Shown in pieces: positions 52,199-64,000 of a DNA stretch of 64,000 bases; position 1 is the first letter of the stretch, and every line of letters starts with the position of its first letter. The stretch is taken from contig NW_027191411.1 of the NCBI RefSeq assembly GCF_041146345.1, forward strand, positions 1,302,001 to 1,366,000, in the 5' to 3' direction. The notes below the pieces were generated by a model, which had not been told where the DNA came from, ran no database searches, and saw nothing but the letters and a program-made list of their open reading frames with translations. Source of the DNA: Neodothiora populina (taxonomy: Eukaryota). The translations under genes were made by a program, and so were the position numbers.

Positions 52199-52310
52199 TG
52201 TGTCTTGCCTCGATAATTTCCTGGATGTGTACGTGTCCCTCTTATACCGCGGTCTGGAGAATAGTGGTGGGTATGATTATTGGTATGATATACTTTTATC
52301 TTCTGTAGTT

Positions 52311-52363
52311 GCGTTCGCGAGCGCTCGCGGAGACGCGTAGAGTGCTGTCAGAGGCGCGTCTCG
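52311..52363. promoter_or_regulatory. MCB-like (ACGCGT/CGCG) cluster in the cdc27/TBCD divergent promoter
   Basis: ACGCGT at 52333-52338 plus several CGCG cores within about 50 bp, upstream of a replication gene. Confidence 0.5.
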
Positions 52364-52609
52364 GCTATACTTTCCCTTTGGAGATAAGGTATCTTGACTA
52401 AGATACACCCGGGGGTTAGCATCAAGTCGGTGATGAATGATAATCTACTGAAGTGCTACTATATTCAACAGGCAGCTCTTGTGGAGCCGAACACATGACG
52501 GATGTCCCTGTGGCCATATCGTTCCATTGCAGGGCATACTGCTCTTTCTCCGGCGTAAGGAGCATACCAAGGGGCCAGTGGACGTGCTTGACACAACTTC
52601 CTTGACCAA

Positions 52610-55600
52610 ATGTCCGAAGAAGACGACGACATTCGCTTGGTGCGGGCATCCGCTAGTCTACTAGACGACCTAGAACATAGTCTCCCACGGCTCTTGTGGA
52701 AAGCAAAACCTCAGAAAAGGGTTCATCAACTTGTTCGCAAGAAAGATCTAAATCATGTGCTCCAACTAGTGCGGCCTACGGGACTCTTTTCAATCATACA
52801 CATAACATCTTCTGATACTGCACAGATCGAACCATTCCAGCCGGAGCCACAATTGCTCGACGCACGGCTAAAACTGTTTTTGCCCGTTCTTGTTGATGCA
52901 TACTTGTCGTACTTGCAACTCAAGTCTCATAAAGCGGCTGGCCTTGAAACCCTCCCTCTGGACGTCGCAGTCAGCAGTATACTCTACACTTTCTGCAAAG
53001 TCAGGGGCGAGAAAGTGATCAGCGGCTTTTTCAACAACGAGCCGAGATATTTAGATCTTATTCTGACTACTCTCGAGACCTGCACGAGTTGTGAAGGGGA
53101 TGAAGACAATCATTGGGAGACGTCGTACGTCTTGCTTCTATGGCTCAAGCATCTGCTACTTGCTCCCTTCGATCTAGCCTCAATCTCAGCACCGGGAGAG
53201 TCAACTGAAGTCACTCCTGGTCTTCATCTAGCCTCCCATGTCCCTTCCTTGACGACACGTGTTCTTGCTATGAGCATAATTTTCCTCGGCAGTGCTACGA
53301 AGGAGCAAGACGCTGCCAGCGAGCTACTTGCCAGGCTTGTCGTAAGACCTGATATGCAGCGTCTTGGCCTGCCTGACTCGCTTGTGAGATGGGCAGTTGA
53401 CAACTTGGTAGTACAGCCCCCCATGTCTGCCTCTGCTCTGCACAGACATCTTGGTCTGTTACGGTTCTGCGTAGGCATGAGTGCGTCGCCAGATTCAGTG
53501 GAGACGCTCAGCCTGATTCCGCTCATCTATGAAGCTGGGCAGAAGATCGCCGGTGAGCCAATGTTCACATACTTCATCTCCTCGGCAATCACCAAGAAGC
53601 TCCTCATCAAGCTCTTCCGTAATATTGCCCTCCTGAGCCTGCGTCCAGAATTGGAGTCTTTGTCTGAATTCTTCGAAGATGCTGGTGTCCTTGAAAACAC
53701 GATTGATTACCTCTTACAAGCATTGGGAGACCGCGATACTCCAGTCCGCTTCGCAGCGAGCAAAGCGTTGAGTATGATCATTCTCCGCTTGGATCCAGCC
53801 CTCGCAAGTGATGTAGTACAAGCCGTGCTAGACTGTATGAAAGAGGATGTCCCTGATTCTTTCTCCGAAAGCGATTTCTCTACGGTCGACCCTCTTCGCT
53901 GGCACGGTCTCACCCTCACTCTTGCACATGCGCTCTTCAGGCGGTCTGCTTCGACCGAGCAACTGCCTGAGATAATCAATGCGTTGTTGTTGTCCTTGAC
54001 TTTTGAGCAACGGGGTACAACGAGAAGTAGTATTGGTAGCAATGTACGAGATGCCGCATGTTTCGGCATCTGGTCCTTCTCCCGACGCTATACCACGGCG
54101 GAATTGCTGTCTATAAAAGCTGACAACATCCGCATTGAGAGCGGCATGACACGAAGTGCAGGGTCTGTCATACAGATTGTAGCTATGCACTTGTTACTCT
54201 CTGCGTGCCTCGATCCTGTAGGCAATATCCGACGAGGCTCATCCGCAGCTTTACAGGAGTTGATCGGCAGACACCCAGACCAAATCGAGTGCGGTATACC
54301 ATTGGTACAAGTCGTTGATTACCATGCTGTCGGTCTTCGTCAACGAGCGGCGATTGAGGTTTCCGGTGCCGCTTCTTCACTAGACCCAGACTACCGTCGA
54401 GCTTTGGTCATGGCGCTCTTTGGTTGGCGAGGTATCGGATCACCCGATGTTCCTTCGAGAGAGTACGCTGCAACATCCATCGGTCTGCTCTGCAAGAATC
54501 AGACTCTGCCGTTCTTGAAAACTGTAATGGACCCGCTCTACGATCGTCTATCAAGTAACAATGAGACCGACGTGGAAAACCTCCACGGCTTGTTGCTCGC
54601 CTTGTCGAGGATTCTCGGTAATCACGCAGATGACGAATGCTCTGTGCCTGGCACGGCAGATGCGGCCGAGGATGTGCTGACGTATCTTGCCTCTTCGTGG
54701 AAGGTCTTCGATCGCCGACGAGCAATGTATGTCCAATATGATTCACGGGCGTTGCGAGCGGATCTGTTCTCGGCTGTTGCACAGGCGATCGCATCCGCAG
54801 CTGAACTAACGACAGTTTTTCCTGGCGAGAAAGCGCCATCGTCTGATGCCATGAATAACGTCCTGAACATCCTTGCGTGCATGGTCGTGAGGGCTGAAGA
54901 ATCCATACTAGCTGTTCTACCACGACTCGTTCGCGCTCTGATGAGACTGCACTTGACAAACAGCTCAGTACCGCTACCACTGGATGCAGGCAGCTACATG
55001 CAGAAGCTCCGTGTAGACTCTTCCGCCGTCGCCTTGCATGGTGCAGGACGTGCAATCGCGCTCGCAGCAGCGTATCCCTGGTTTGCACACAGTCTCTCGT
55101 TCGATGCTGTCGCATTCATACGAGAGATCGGGAGCATTGTCCAGGATGCTCGTGCAACCGAATGGCGGGTCATCGGCCTTCGAGCGATGCGTTCTGTAAT
55201 CGAGTCAGGCGAGTGCGATGCCGCGTCTACGAAAGAAATGCTGGAACCGCTACATACAGGTCTGAATGATTACACGGTCACTGAGCGAGGAGATGTGGGT
55301 TCGCTAGTTCGCACAGCTGCCATCGCCTGCGTCGACAGCCTTTGGAAACCGAGGTTATTACAAAAACATCAGCACGACGAACAGCTGTTGCTGAGAGACG
55401 TGACTAGACTGTCGCTAGAGAAGCTCGACCGTACCAGACTCCAAGCAGCAAGATGCTTGAAGATTCGGGAGGAGGCATCGCAAGACTCGTAAGTCGGCTA
55501 TGGATGATGATGCCGGTATTTGACTGACTTTGTCGAACAGCAGTCACCTTGACGACGTATCGTCATCATCGTATTACCACGAACATGTGAAGGTCCTAAA

Positions 55601-56297
55601 GGACGCAAAAACCGCCGAGTGGCAACGAGAAGTGATACTAGAAGGCTGTGCTTCAAGCGCTGGAGTCGGTGCAGAAAACCTGCTGCAAGCCGCCCGTACA
55701 GCTCTAGTCGAAGTCATCTACGAAAGCGACTCAGCCGCCCAGATCGCCTTGCTGGTCAGCTTGACCACATTATTCAAGACCACCGTGGCGGCGGTAGACG
55801 ATTCACAACCGCTGCTTGAGCTCGTCTCGTTCCTCCTCGACGCCGCCGGCCCCATATTATTGAAGTTGACAGACCTCAGGTGCGTGTCAAAAATCCCAAA
55901 CAGAAGCACAATGGACATTCCAAAGCTGACACACGACTACTAGCTGGCGCAATTTATTATCCGCAGTGCAAAGATCCCACTTCAAATCGAGTAACATACC
56001 CAAGATCCTCGCCGCGATCGAGGTCTACCGCAACCTCGCCAGTGTGCCCTCGATCCGGCCCGAAGTGCTGAAAAAGCTCGTCAGTATGCTGCGCACGAAT
56101 CCGTACCCGACGGTGAGTCCCTTCACTGTCGTCCTCTTTCGCTAGGAAAGAAAGCGAAAGACAGGTGGCTGACAAGAAGAAAAAAGGTCCGTGTCGCCGT
56201 CGCAGAAAGTCTCTTTGTCATAACAGGAGACGCGAAACTGAAAGATGTCAACTGGACCAAGCCTGGTCTGGATTATAGACTTCCCGACCACGTCTAA
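52610..56297 (+). CDS. Tubulin-folding cofactor D (Alp1/Cin1/TBCD)
   Basis: FQPEPQLLD, YTFCKVRGEKVI..FFNNEP, DRDTPVRFAASKALS, WHGLTL, GSNVRDAACFGIW, GNIRRGSSAALQELIGRHP, DYTVTERGDVGSLVR. Several introns. Confidence 0.93.
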
Positions 56298-56541
56298 TGG
56301 CGGACGAAGAAAGCCCGGAGATATCTTTTAGGATGCGTATCTGTAAGATATGATGTTCCATGGTCCTGTCTGACTTCATCAGTCTCTTTCCACGCTCCCT
56401 TCTCTGATCTATCATTCTTCATTTGTGATCTCCCTCACTATAGCTGAAAGACACATCCATTCCGCCCTCTCTGTGCACTTTTCTGTGCGTGAGGAGAATC
56501 GAAGAGAACAAGATACATTGTTGCGATGATTATCTCGATAT

Positions 56542-57730
56542 CTACTTATGTTTGATCAGAAAATTACCATCTGTGGTCGTGAGCTCAGGCAGTACAACCT
56601 CGGCCATTTGTGGCATTCGTGATTTAGACGTTGCAGATGCTAAGGCGGTCTGAATCGTGGAGTCAGTGTTCGCTTGTGAGGTATACTGTAGATTCGAGGG
56701 CATGAGATAAAGTGAGAGACAGCATACCAGCCAGGCCATCGTCAATCATATCGTCATTCTTGTTGTCGAGATCGCCAGATAAATGCTCGGAAAGCGAGTC
56801 ACTTGTTGTAGTAGATACACAGTCTTGGTCAGGAGTGGGAACCAGTTCGTACACATCATCTTCATTGAACAGTAGGACATCGCGGCAAGGTGATCCGTCA
56901 AAACTACGCAGGAGATCGGCCTCATAGCCGTCAAAGTCCGAGTCATCCGAGAGCGATTGGGAAGACCGAGTACGGCGGGGTGCTTGTATGCTGGAAAGTT
57001 GTGCGTAGACTATCCTGTCCGAGAGTACAGTGTGATTGGATGGGCTAGCACGCGTCGTCCGTTGTGCTGTCTCCTGAGGGAGTGGTTCATTCAAGACGTG
57101 GTCGGCGACAGGAGCAGTTAGGTGACATATATCGTCTTGACCAGTACCTGGAGAGGTGAAGTCGACATCAGGGCATGGTCCCTTGACTAGTTTGAGTACG
57201 CCAGCAGTCTTATGATGTTTCTTAGTCGCAGGTCTTTGTCGTATACATGATTTGAGAGGCACAAAAGTTTCCAAAGCAGTGAAGCCGTCCGAACCCAGGA
57301 TGACTTCTAGTCCCTCACCCTCTGTTGAAGTCGAGTGTGGGATTAGGGGCGACCTCTCTGAGCGTCGAGGCTCTATCAGACTCAGTGTCTGTCTCATGTC
57401 ACTTACAGACATCGAGGTAACGTGGTTACTACTGGCTCGAATGGCTTCGACGACACTTTCAGTGTTCGAGATATCATGGATGGGATCATCGAGGTCGTGA
57501 TGGATGAAAGGAGCATTGGATGAGACATGGTATGAACTGGACTGAGAGCTACCGTTGACGACGACTAACTCGCCGGTGTCTGGGTCCCATGATGGAGTAT
57601 GACGTGCGTTACTGAGTGTTCTCGGCGCAGATTTAGTACAGCGTCTGTTGTCACGGGCAAGACATCGAGGACGCTTGCGCGAATAGGTCAGAAACGGCTT
57701 CCCGCGCCTCTTTGGACACAGAGTCTCCAT
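56542..57730 (-). CDS. Hypothetical low-complexity protein (355-aa ORF, possibly extended by a short 3' exon)
   Basis: ATG-initiated ORF 57730-56663 with a basic NLS-like start (KRRGKP..RKRPR). A possible short intron 56686-56650 joins it in frame to a stop at 56542. No recognisable domain. Confidence 0.55.
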
Positions 57731-58066
57731 TGGATTTATTGCAAAGAGTTGGTTTGGAAGTAAAAGTGAGCAGAGGACATTGATTTGAATGATTCTTCTT
57801 GTCGGGTCTTGGCGCCGTAGTAAGTCGCGACTTCTATATCGAGTATATGATGCTTGAGATTTTGTACCCTATTTTGTGTTGAACAGCGCGCAACTTTGCA
57901 GTGAAAGCGGGTGTAAAGTCCAAAGCATCCATATGTATATATTAGGGTATCTTCAATTGCATGGTGAATAATGGCCAACAATTGCTGGTCTGGCTCTTCT
58001 ATCCCAATGCTTGCCTTGTATGGTTGCGCTTGTAGTGTGATCGGAAAGAAACAGAAAGAAAAAAAG

Positions 58067-58929
<863 letters not shown>

Positions 58930-59728
58930 TCAAGCGAGTTGGCGCAATCGAGAAGAAACGACTGGGCTGAATGAGCTGCACCTTTTAGATGTAATAATAA
59001 TCGAGAGAAAGCGCGTCGAGGCCCTGATATACACATTCCAAGTACACGAATCCGGGGCCCGGCCAGCGACACAATCATCAGTCATCAATCACACAGAGAC
59101 AAAGAACAAACTTTGGAGTACTCTAGCACTGGGTTTGTTCACAACCTCACAGTTTCCCGACAAGGGATCTATCCAGAGACTGACTCTATCTATCTGTCAA
59201 AGCAATGACGACAGCACTTTGTTGCAGCATCGTGGCGAGCATCAACTGCAGATATAAACAACACTGAACTGTTCCCAGGTTGATGCCTGCCCCTCAGCTG
59301 CACAGACGAACCCCTCGCATCCTTTGGGCTCCTGATTACCTTGGCGATTCCATTGACAAAGGTGATATGATCCCTTTATATCTATAATGATGGACCCGTG
59401 GCTGGACTTCTCCGAGGACCGAACCGATGGCCGCTAGACCCAGTCAGGACATGTGATTGAAAGTGCCTCGCGCCCAACGCGCGATGCGTGTCTCATTCGC
59501 GCTTGTTTCTCCCTTAGCAACGAATAATTAATTGGATGCTAGAATCAGAACGAGTCTCTATACCATTGCCCCTCCTTTTTCCACAGACATTCACCAGCCC
59601 CAATAGCTACGCCGAATCACACACTGTGGCACAGCAAACCACCCTCACAGTGATTCAGTCCTTCCTTTTTGTCCTGGTTCTGTCTTGACGACATCAACAC
59701 TGTCCCTTGGCACTTGACACACGGCGAC

Positions 59729-62726
59729 ATGTCTTCGCTACTGGACGCCGTCATCCAGTCCGACAACAGCAATGCCGCCGAGCAACACGTACGGCGAGAT
59801 GCGAGTGTTCAGTCCTTCCGACAACAGTTGCCATATCCCCAAGCCCAAGGGCGACAGGGCCGGTCTTCTTCACGACCCCGCGGCCCGCCCTCGGTCAGCA
59901 CCCCTGGCGTCAACAGCGACATGCTTGGATTCGCCGACGATGAGGTTGTCGGTCTGCGCGGCAACCAGAAAGGTCCTCGACGCACGGGTCCACGTCTCGA
60001 TGTCGACAGAGTGACAGACGCAATCGGGGAACAGCTCGTCCTTGAGTTTGAAAGATTCCTCGACGAGTTCAGAGAGGACCCCAACACCTCGGTGCTGCCT
60101 CCCTCGAGTGCTCCGAGCACTGATCTATACTATGTTGAACAGATCAAGGGCCTGGCAAAGTGGGGCTTGTCCACGCTCTATGTCGACCATCAACACTTGA
60201 TGCATCACGGCGACGGCTCCGTGGCAGACGCCATCAGAGACAGCTACTATCGCTTCCAGCCATACCTCACCCGCGCGCTGAACAACATGATTGCCAAACA
60301 CGCCCCCAGATACTTCAGGCAACACAGGCAGCCCGCCACATCGACGAGTGCTGCGTCGAATGCTTCGGCTTCGGCCGCTGTCTCTGCCGCTGACAGCCAG
60401 CCCGACTCGCTCGCCGAAAAGACGCCCAACCAGCAGACCGACAAGCTCTTCACCCTTGCCTTCTACAACTTGCCTCTCGTGTCCAGGGTTCGTGAGCTGC
60501 GCACAGCCTCCATCGGCCAACTGCTGTCCATCTCGGGCACAGTCACGCGCACTTCTGAAGTCAGGCCCGAGCTGTCTCTTGCTACATTCGTCTGCGAGGT
60601 CTGCAATGCAGTCGTGCCCGACGTCGAACAGATCTTCCGATACTCGGAACCCACCCAATGTCCCAATCTGACCTGTGGTAACCGTCAGGCATGGCGTCTC
60701 GACATCCGCCAGAGCACTTTTGTCGATTGGCAGAAAGTCCGCACTCAGGAAAACAGCTCCGAGATCCCGACGGGCAGTATGCCTAGGACCATGGATATCA
60801 TTCTTCGTGGTGAGATGGTCGACCGCGCCAAAGCCGGCGAGAAGTGCATCTTCACTGGCTGTCTCATTGTCGTTCCCGATGTCAGTCAATTCCGAGTACC
60901 TGGCCTTCGTCCGCAGGCTACACGTGATACCAGCAACGCCCCCAGAGGTGGCGACGTCGGCGGTAGTGGTGTCAGCGGACTCCGAGCTCTGGGTGTCCGT
61001 GACTTGACCTACCGTATGGCCTTCATGGCTAACATGGTCACCCCCGATACCTCGACCCCTGGACAGACAGCGAACCAGCATCTCAAGGGTCAAGCCACCA
61101 ACATTCTGACTTCTCTGAACCAGTCTTCGCCCTCGGACTCTGACATGTCAGGCGAAGACGCTCAGAGGGAGTATCTATCTACACTCACCCGCGCCGAAGT
61201 CAGCGATCTCAAGAACATGGTTCATTCACCCAACATCTTCATGCGTCTCGTCGAGTCCCTGGCTCCAATGGTCCACGGTCACACCGTCGTAAAGAAGGGT
61301 CTGCTTCTGCAACTCATGGGAGGTGTGAGCAAACAGACTCCGGAAGGCATGTCACTACGTGGCGATATCAACATCTGCATTGTCGGCGACCCGAGTACCA
61401 GCAAGTCGCAATTCTTGAAGTACATCTGTTCGTTCATTCCCCGCGCTGTTTACACTTCTGGAAAGGCTTCGTCTGCTGCTGGTCTGACTGCTGCCGTGGT
61501 CAAGGACGAAGAGACGGGCGAGTTTACTATCGAAGCAGGAGCTTTGATGCTTGCGGATAACGGCATCTGCGCCATTGACGAGTTTGACAAGATGGACATT
61601 GCCGATCAGGTCGCCATCCACGAGGCAATGGAACAGCAGACTATTTCCATCGCCAAAGCTGGCATTCAAGCAACTCTGAACGCGCGTACCAGTATTCTGG
61701 CTGCGGCCAACCCTGTGGGCGGTAGGTACAACCGTAAGGCTACTCTGAGGGCGAACATCAACATGAGCGCCCCCATCATGTCTCGTTTCGATCTTTTCTT
61801 TATCGTTCTCGACGAGTGCAACGAGGCCGTCGACGAGCGCCTCGCGAGACACATTGTCGGCATTCACCGCCTTCGTGATGACGCCGTACAGCCTGAATTC
61901 AGTACGGAGCAACTGCAGCGCTACATCCGCTTCGCGCGCTTGTTCCAGCCTGTCTTTACCGAAGAAGCCAAGTCGACCCTGGTGGAGCGATACAAGGAGC
62001 TGAGATCCGACGATGCACAAGGCGGCGTCGGCAGAAACTCGTACAGAATCACCGTGAGACAATTAGAAAGTATGATTCGTCTCTCAGAGGCCATCGCCAA
62101 AGCCAACTGCGTCGACGAGGTCACACCGGCTTTTGTGAACGAGGCCTTCACTCTACTACGACAGAGCATCATCAGCGTCGAAAAGGACGACGTCGACTTG
62201 GAGGACGAAGACGACGTTACGGCAGCAGCGAGAGAGATCCTGGATGCCGCCGACGAAGAAGCAGCGGAGGCTGACCAGAGCGCCGACGTCGACGCCATCG
62301 ATGCCGAGCCGGCCGCACAGCAGACGCGCAAGACCAAGATGTCCAACGCGGAATACTGGAAGGTGGTCAACGTCATGATGAGCAGAATCAACATGGACCA
62401 GGAAACGGCAGAAGACGGAGTCGAAGAGGAAGACCTTCTGGTCTGGTACCTGGAGCAAATGGAGGACGAGATGGAGAGTGAAGAGGATTTCGAGCGCACG
62501 CGGTTTGTCGGCAAGAAGGTGTTGAAGAGGATGGTCAAGGTAAGTCTCTTTCTTTTACTTCACCCATCATCTTGATTCAAGGAAAAAGCTAAACATTCCT
62601 TGTGTTTAGGACAACATGCTCATACAGATCCGCGGCGAGGGTCTGGCTGACGATCAAGGTCATGGCCTGCAGAGCGAGAGACTGATCTACGTCATACACC
62701 CGAACTGCGTGGTCGACGAGATGTAG
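59729..62726 (+). CDS. MCM6: DNA replication licensing factor Mcm6
   Basis: Zn finger; Walker A GDPSTSKSQFL; IDEFDKM; SRFD arginine finger; ITVRQLESMIRLSEA. One intron near the 3' end; ends HPNCVVDEM. Confidence 0.97.
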
Positions 62727-63552
62727 ATGTCTTCTTCTCGGCTACTCTTTTTCTGGTTTTTCTGGTTTTTTCTTTTCTTCTCTGGCTTCTCATCTTCTCA
62801 AAAAGCGACGATGATGATGATGGAAATGCGCATGTATGACAGCGATGTATGTTTCTTAGGACTAAGTAGTTACCTGGATAGGAGCAAGGTGACACGAGGA
62901 GATGCTGGCGAGCAAACTCCCAGGTCGTTTAGACAGTGGCGTTCAGGGAGTTGGCAAACAAGATGCATTTCCAGGCTCGATGTTATATACTCCTACTGTT
63001 AATTCCAGATCTACACTATACACTGTATCCATTTCTCCCTTTCTCCCTCTTCGATGGATATATATCCGACGTAGTGTATACCGCTGATTTTGGATCCGAC
63101 GGTAGTCCTTGTTCTCGCTCTATGGGGCTGCATCTCTCTAGACGTAGCATGTGCTAAAAAAAAAACCTATCGATCCCGCCTGACTTCCTCCAGCCTGGAA
63201 AACCAAAACCAATTCCGTCGCGCTGCTCGTCACCCTTGTTCTCCTTGCCTTGTCTGGCTGTGTTTATATTTGATTTCATCACTGGAACACAAGTCTTTCA
63301 TCTAACATCGCAGAGAATCTACACCAAGAAGGTATATTTACTCCTGATCAATCACCGTCGTTGCGGGCATGAGGTATCGCATCCAATGGCAGTAAGCGAT
63401 TGGTAGCCTGAGTGGCGTTTCGCACGCACCGGCCAGTCTCAATCTAACATATACCTGCTCGCTGGCTCGCTCGCCTCCTTTTCACAGGCTATTTGCGCGC
63501 ACGCACGCACGCTTTCGTGTCCCATCGTCGTCTTGTCGTATATACACCGAAA

Positions 63553-64000
63553 TCATTCTGCCTCTTCTTCAGGATCTTTCAGCCCGAGAGCTTTGGCGTA
63601 GGCTTGTTTCTGCTTCGCCGTCGAGTCCCGGAGCGGTCTTGGTTTTGAGACGACGCCGCGCGGTTTCTCGCCTGGCCTGGGGTGTTCTTGGTGTTGTGCT
63701 TTCTCTGCGGGAGCGGCAGTAGCAGCGGCGGCGGAAGGGAGGACCGGCAGAGGAGGCGCGGGGACGTCTTTCTCTGCTGCGGCGTCTTCACTCACGCTCT
63801 CCTCGAGGTCTTGCTCAAGGAAACAAAACAGGTCGTCCGCTTTGCCTGCTGCGACGGGACGATCGAGTGCTGCGAGCGCCGTGTCGCAGCCGCCTACGCG
63901 TTGGCGTAACGACTGCTTGTAGCGGTCTGCTTCGGTTGACGCGGTGTGGAGTTCTTGCAGGTTCCCGTCGGTCGAGAGGTAGGGCAGGTGGATGATCTCC
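63553..64000 (-). CDS. 3' end of an unidentified protein-coding gene
   Basis: Stop-free frame from the window edge (EIIHLPYLSTDGNLQELH...YAKALGLKDPEEEAE*) with coding-like GC3 bias. Confidence 0.65.
   Translation of the reverse strand, partial: EIIHLPYLSTDGNLQELHTASTEADRYKQSLRQRVGGCDTALAALDRPVAAGKADDLFCFLEQDLEESVSEDAAAEKDVPAPPLPVLPSAAAATAAPAEKAQHQEHPRPGEKPRGVVSKPRPLRDSTAKQKQAYAKALGLKDPEEEAE

Noticed and set aside
60125..62538. Long antisense ORFs opposite MCM6 (also opposite ARC1, TAO3 and PRP22)
   Set aside because: Shadow ORFs expected from GC3-biased codon usage of the sense gene.

Overview
Gene-dense eukaryotic window from a filamentous ascomycete (Pezizomycotina; probably a Dothideomycete, which is inference), with short GT-AG introns and CTRAC branch points. 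It holds about 21 protein-coding genes, mostly housekeeping: a partial GLFG nucleoporin, FIP1, a Zip2/SHOC1-like XPF-domain protein, two MDR alcohol dehydrogenases, PRP22, ARC1, a bZIP factor, NirA/NIT4, an aspartic protease, Rab6/YPT6, NOP53, TAO3/Furry, cytochrome P450 reductase, a Spo5/RBMS-like RRM protein, POL32/Cdc27, tubulin cofactor D, IDI1, MCM6 and two unknowns. I recognised no transposon, tRNA, rRNA or CRISPR array. The best leads are: (1) an unannotated ~290-nt multi-hairpin RNA candidate on the minus strand in the TAO3-CPR intergenic region; (2) a non-AUG, mitochondrial-presequence-like extension of ARC1; (3) a TAO3 ATG micro-exon overlapped by a uORF stop; (4) uORFs ahead of the bZIP gene; and (5) a recurrent intergenic GGTAAGGTA motif. 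All exon boundaries were read by eye and are predictions.
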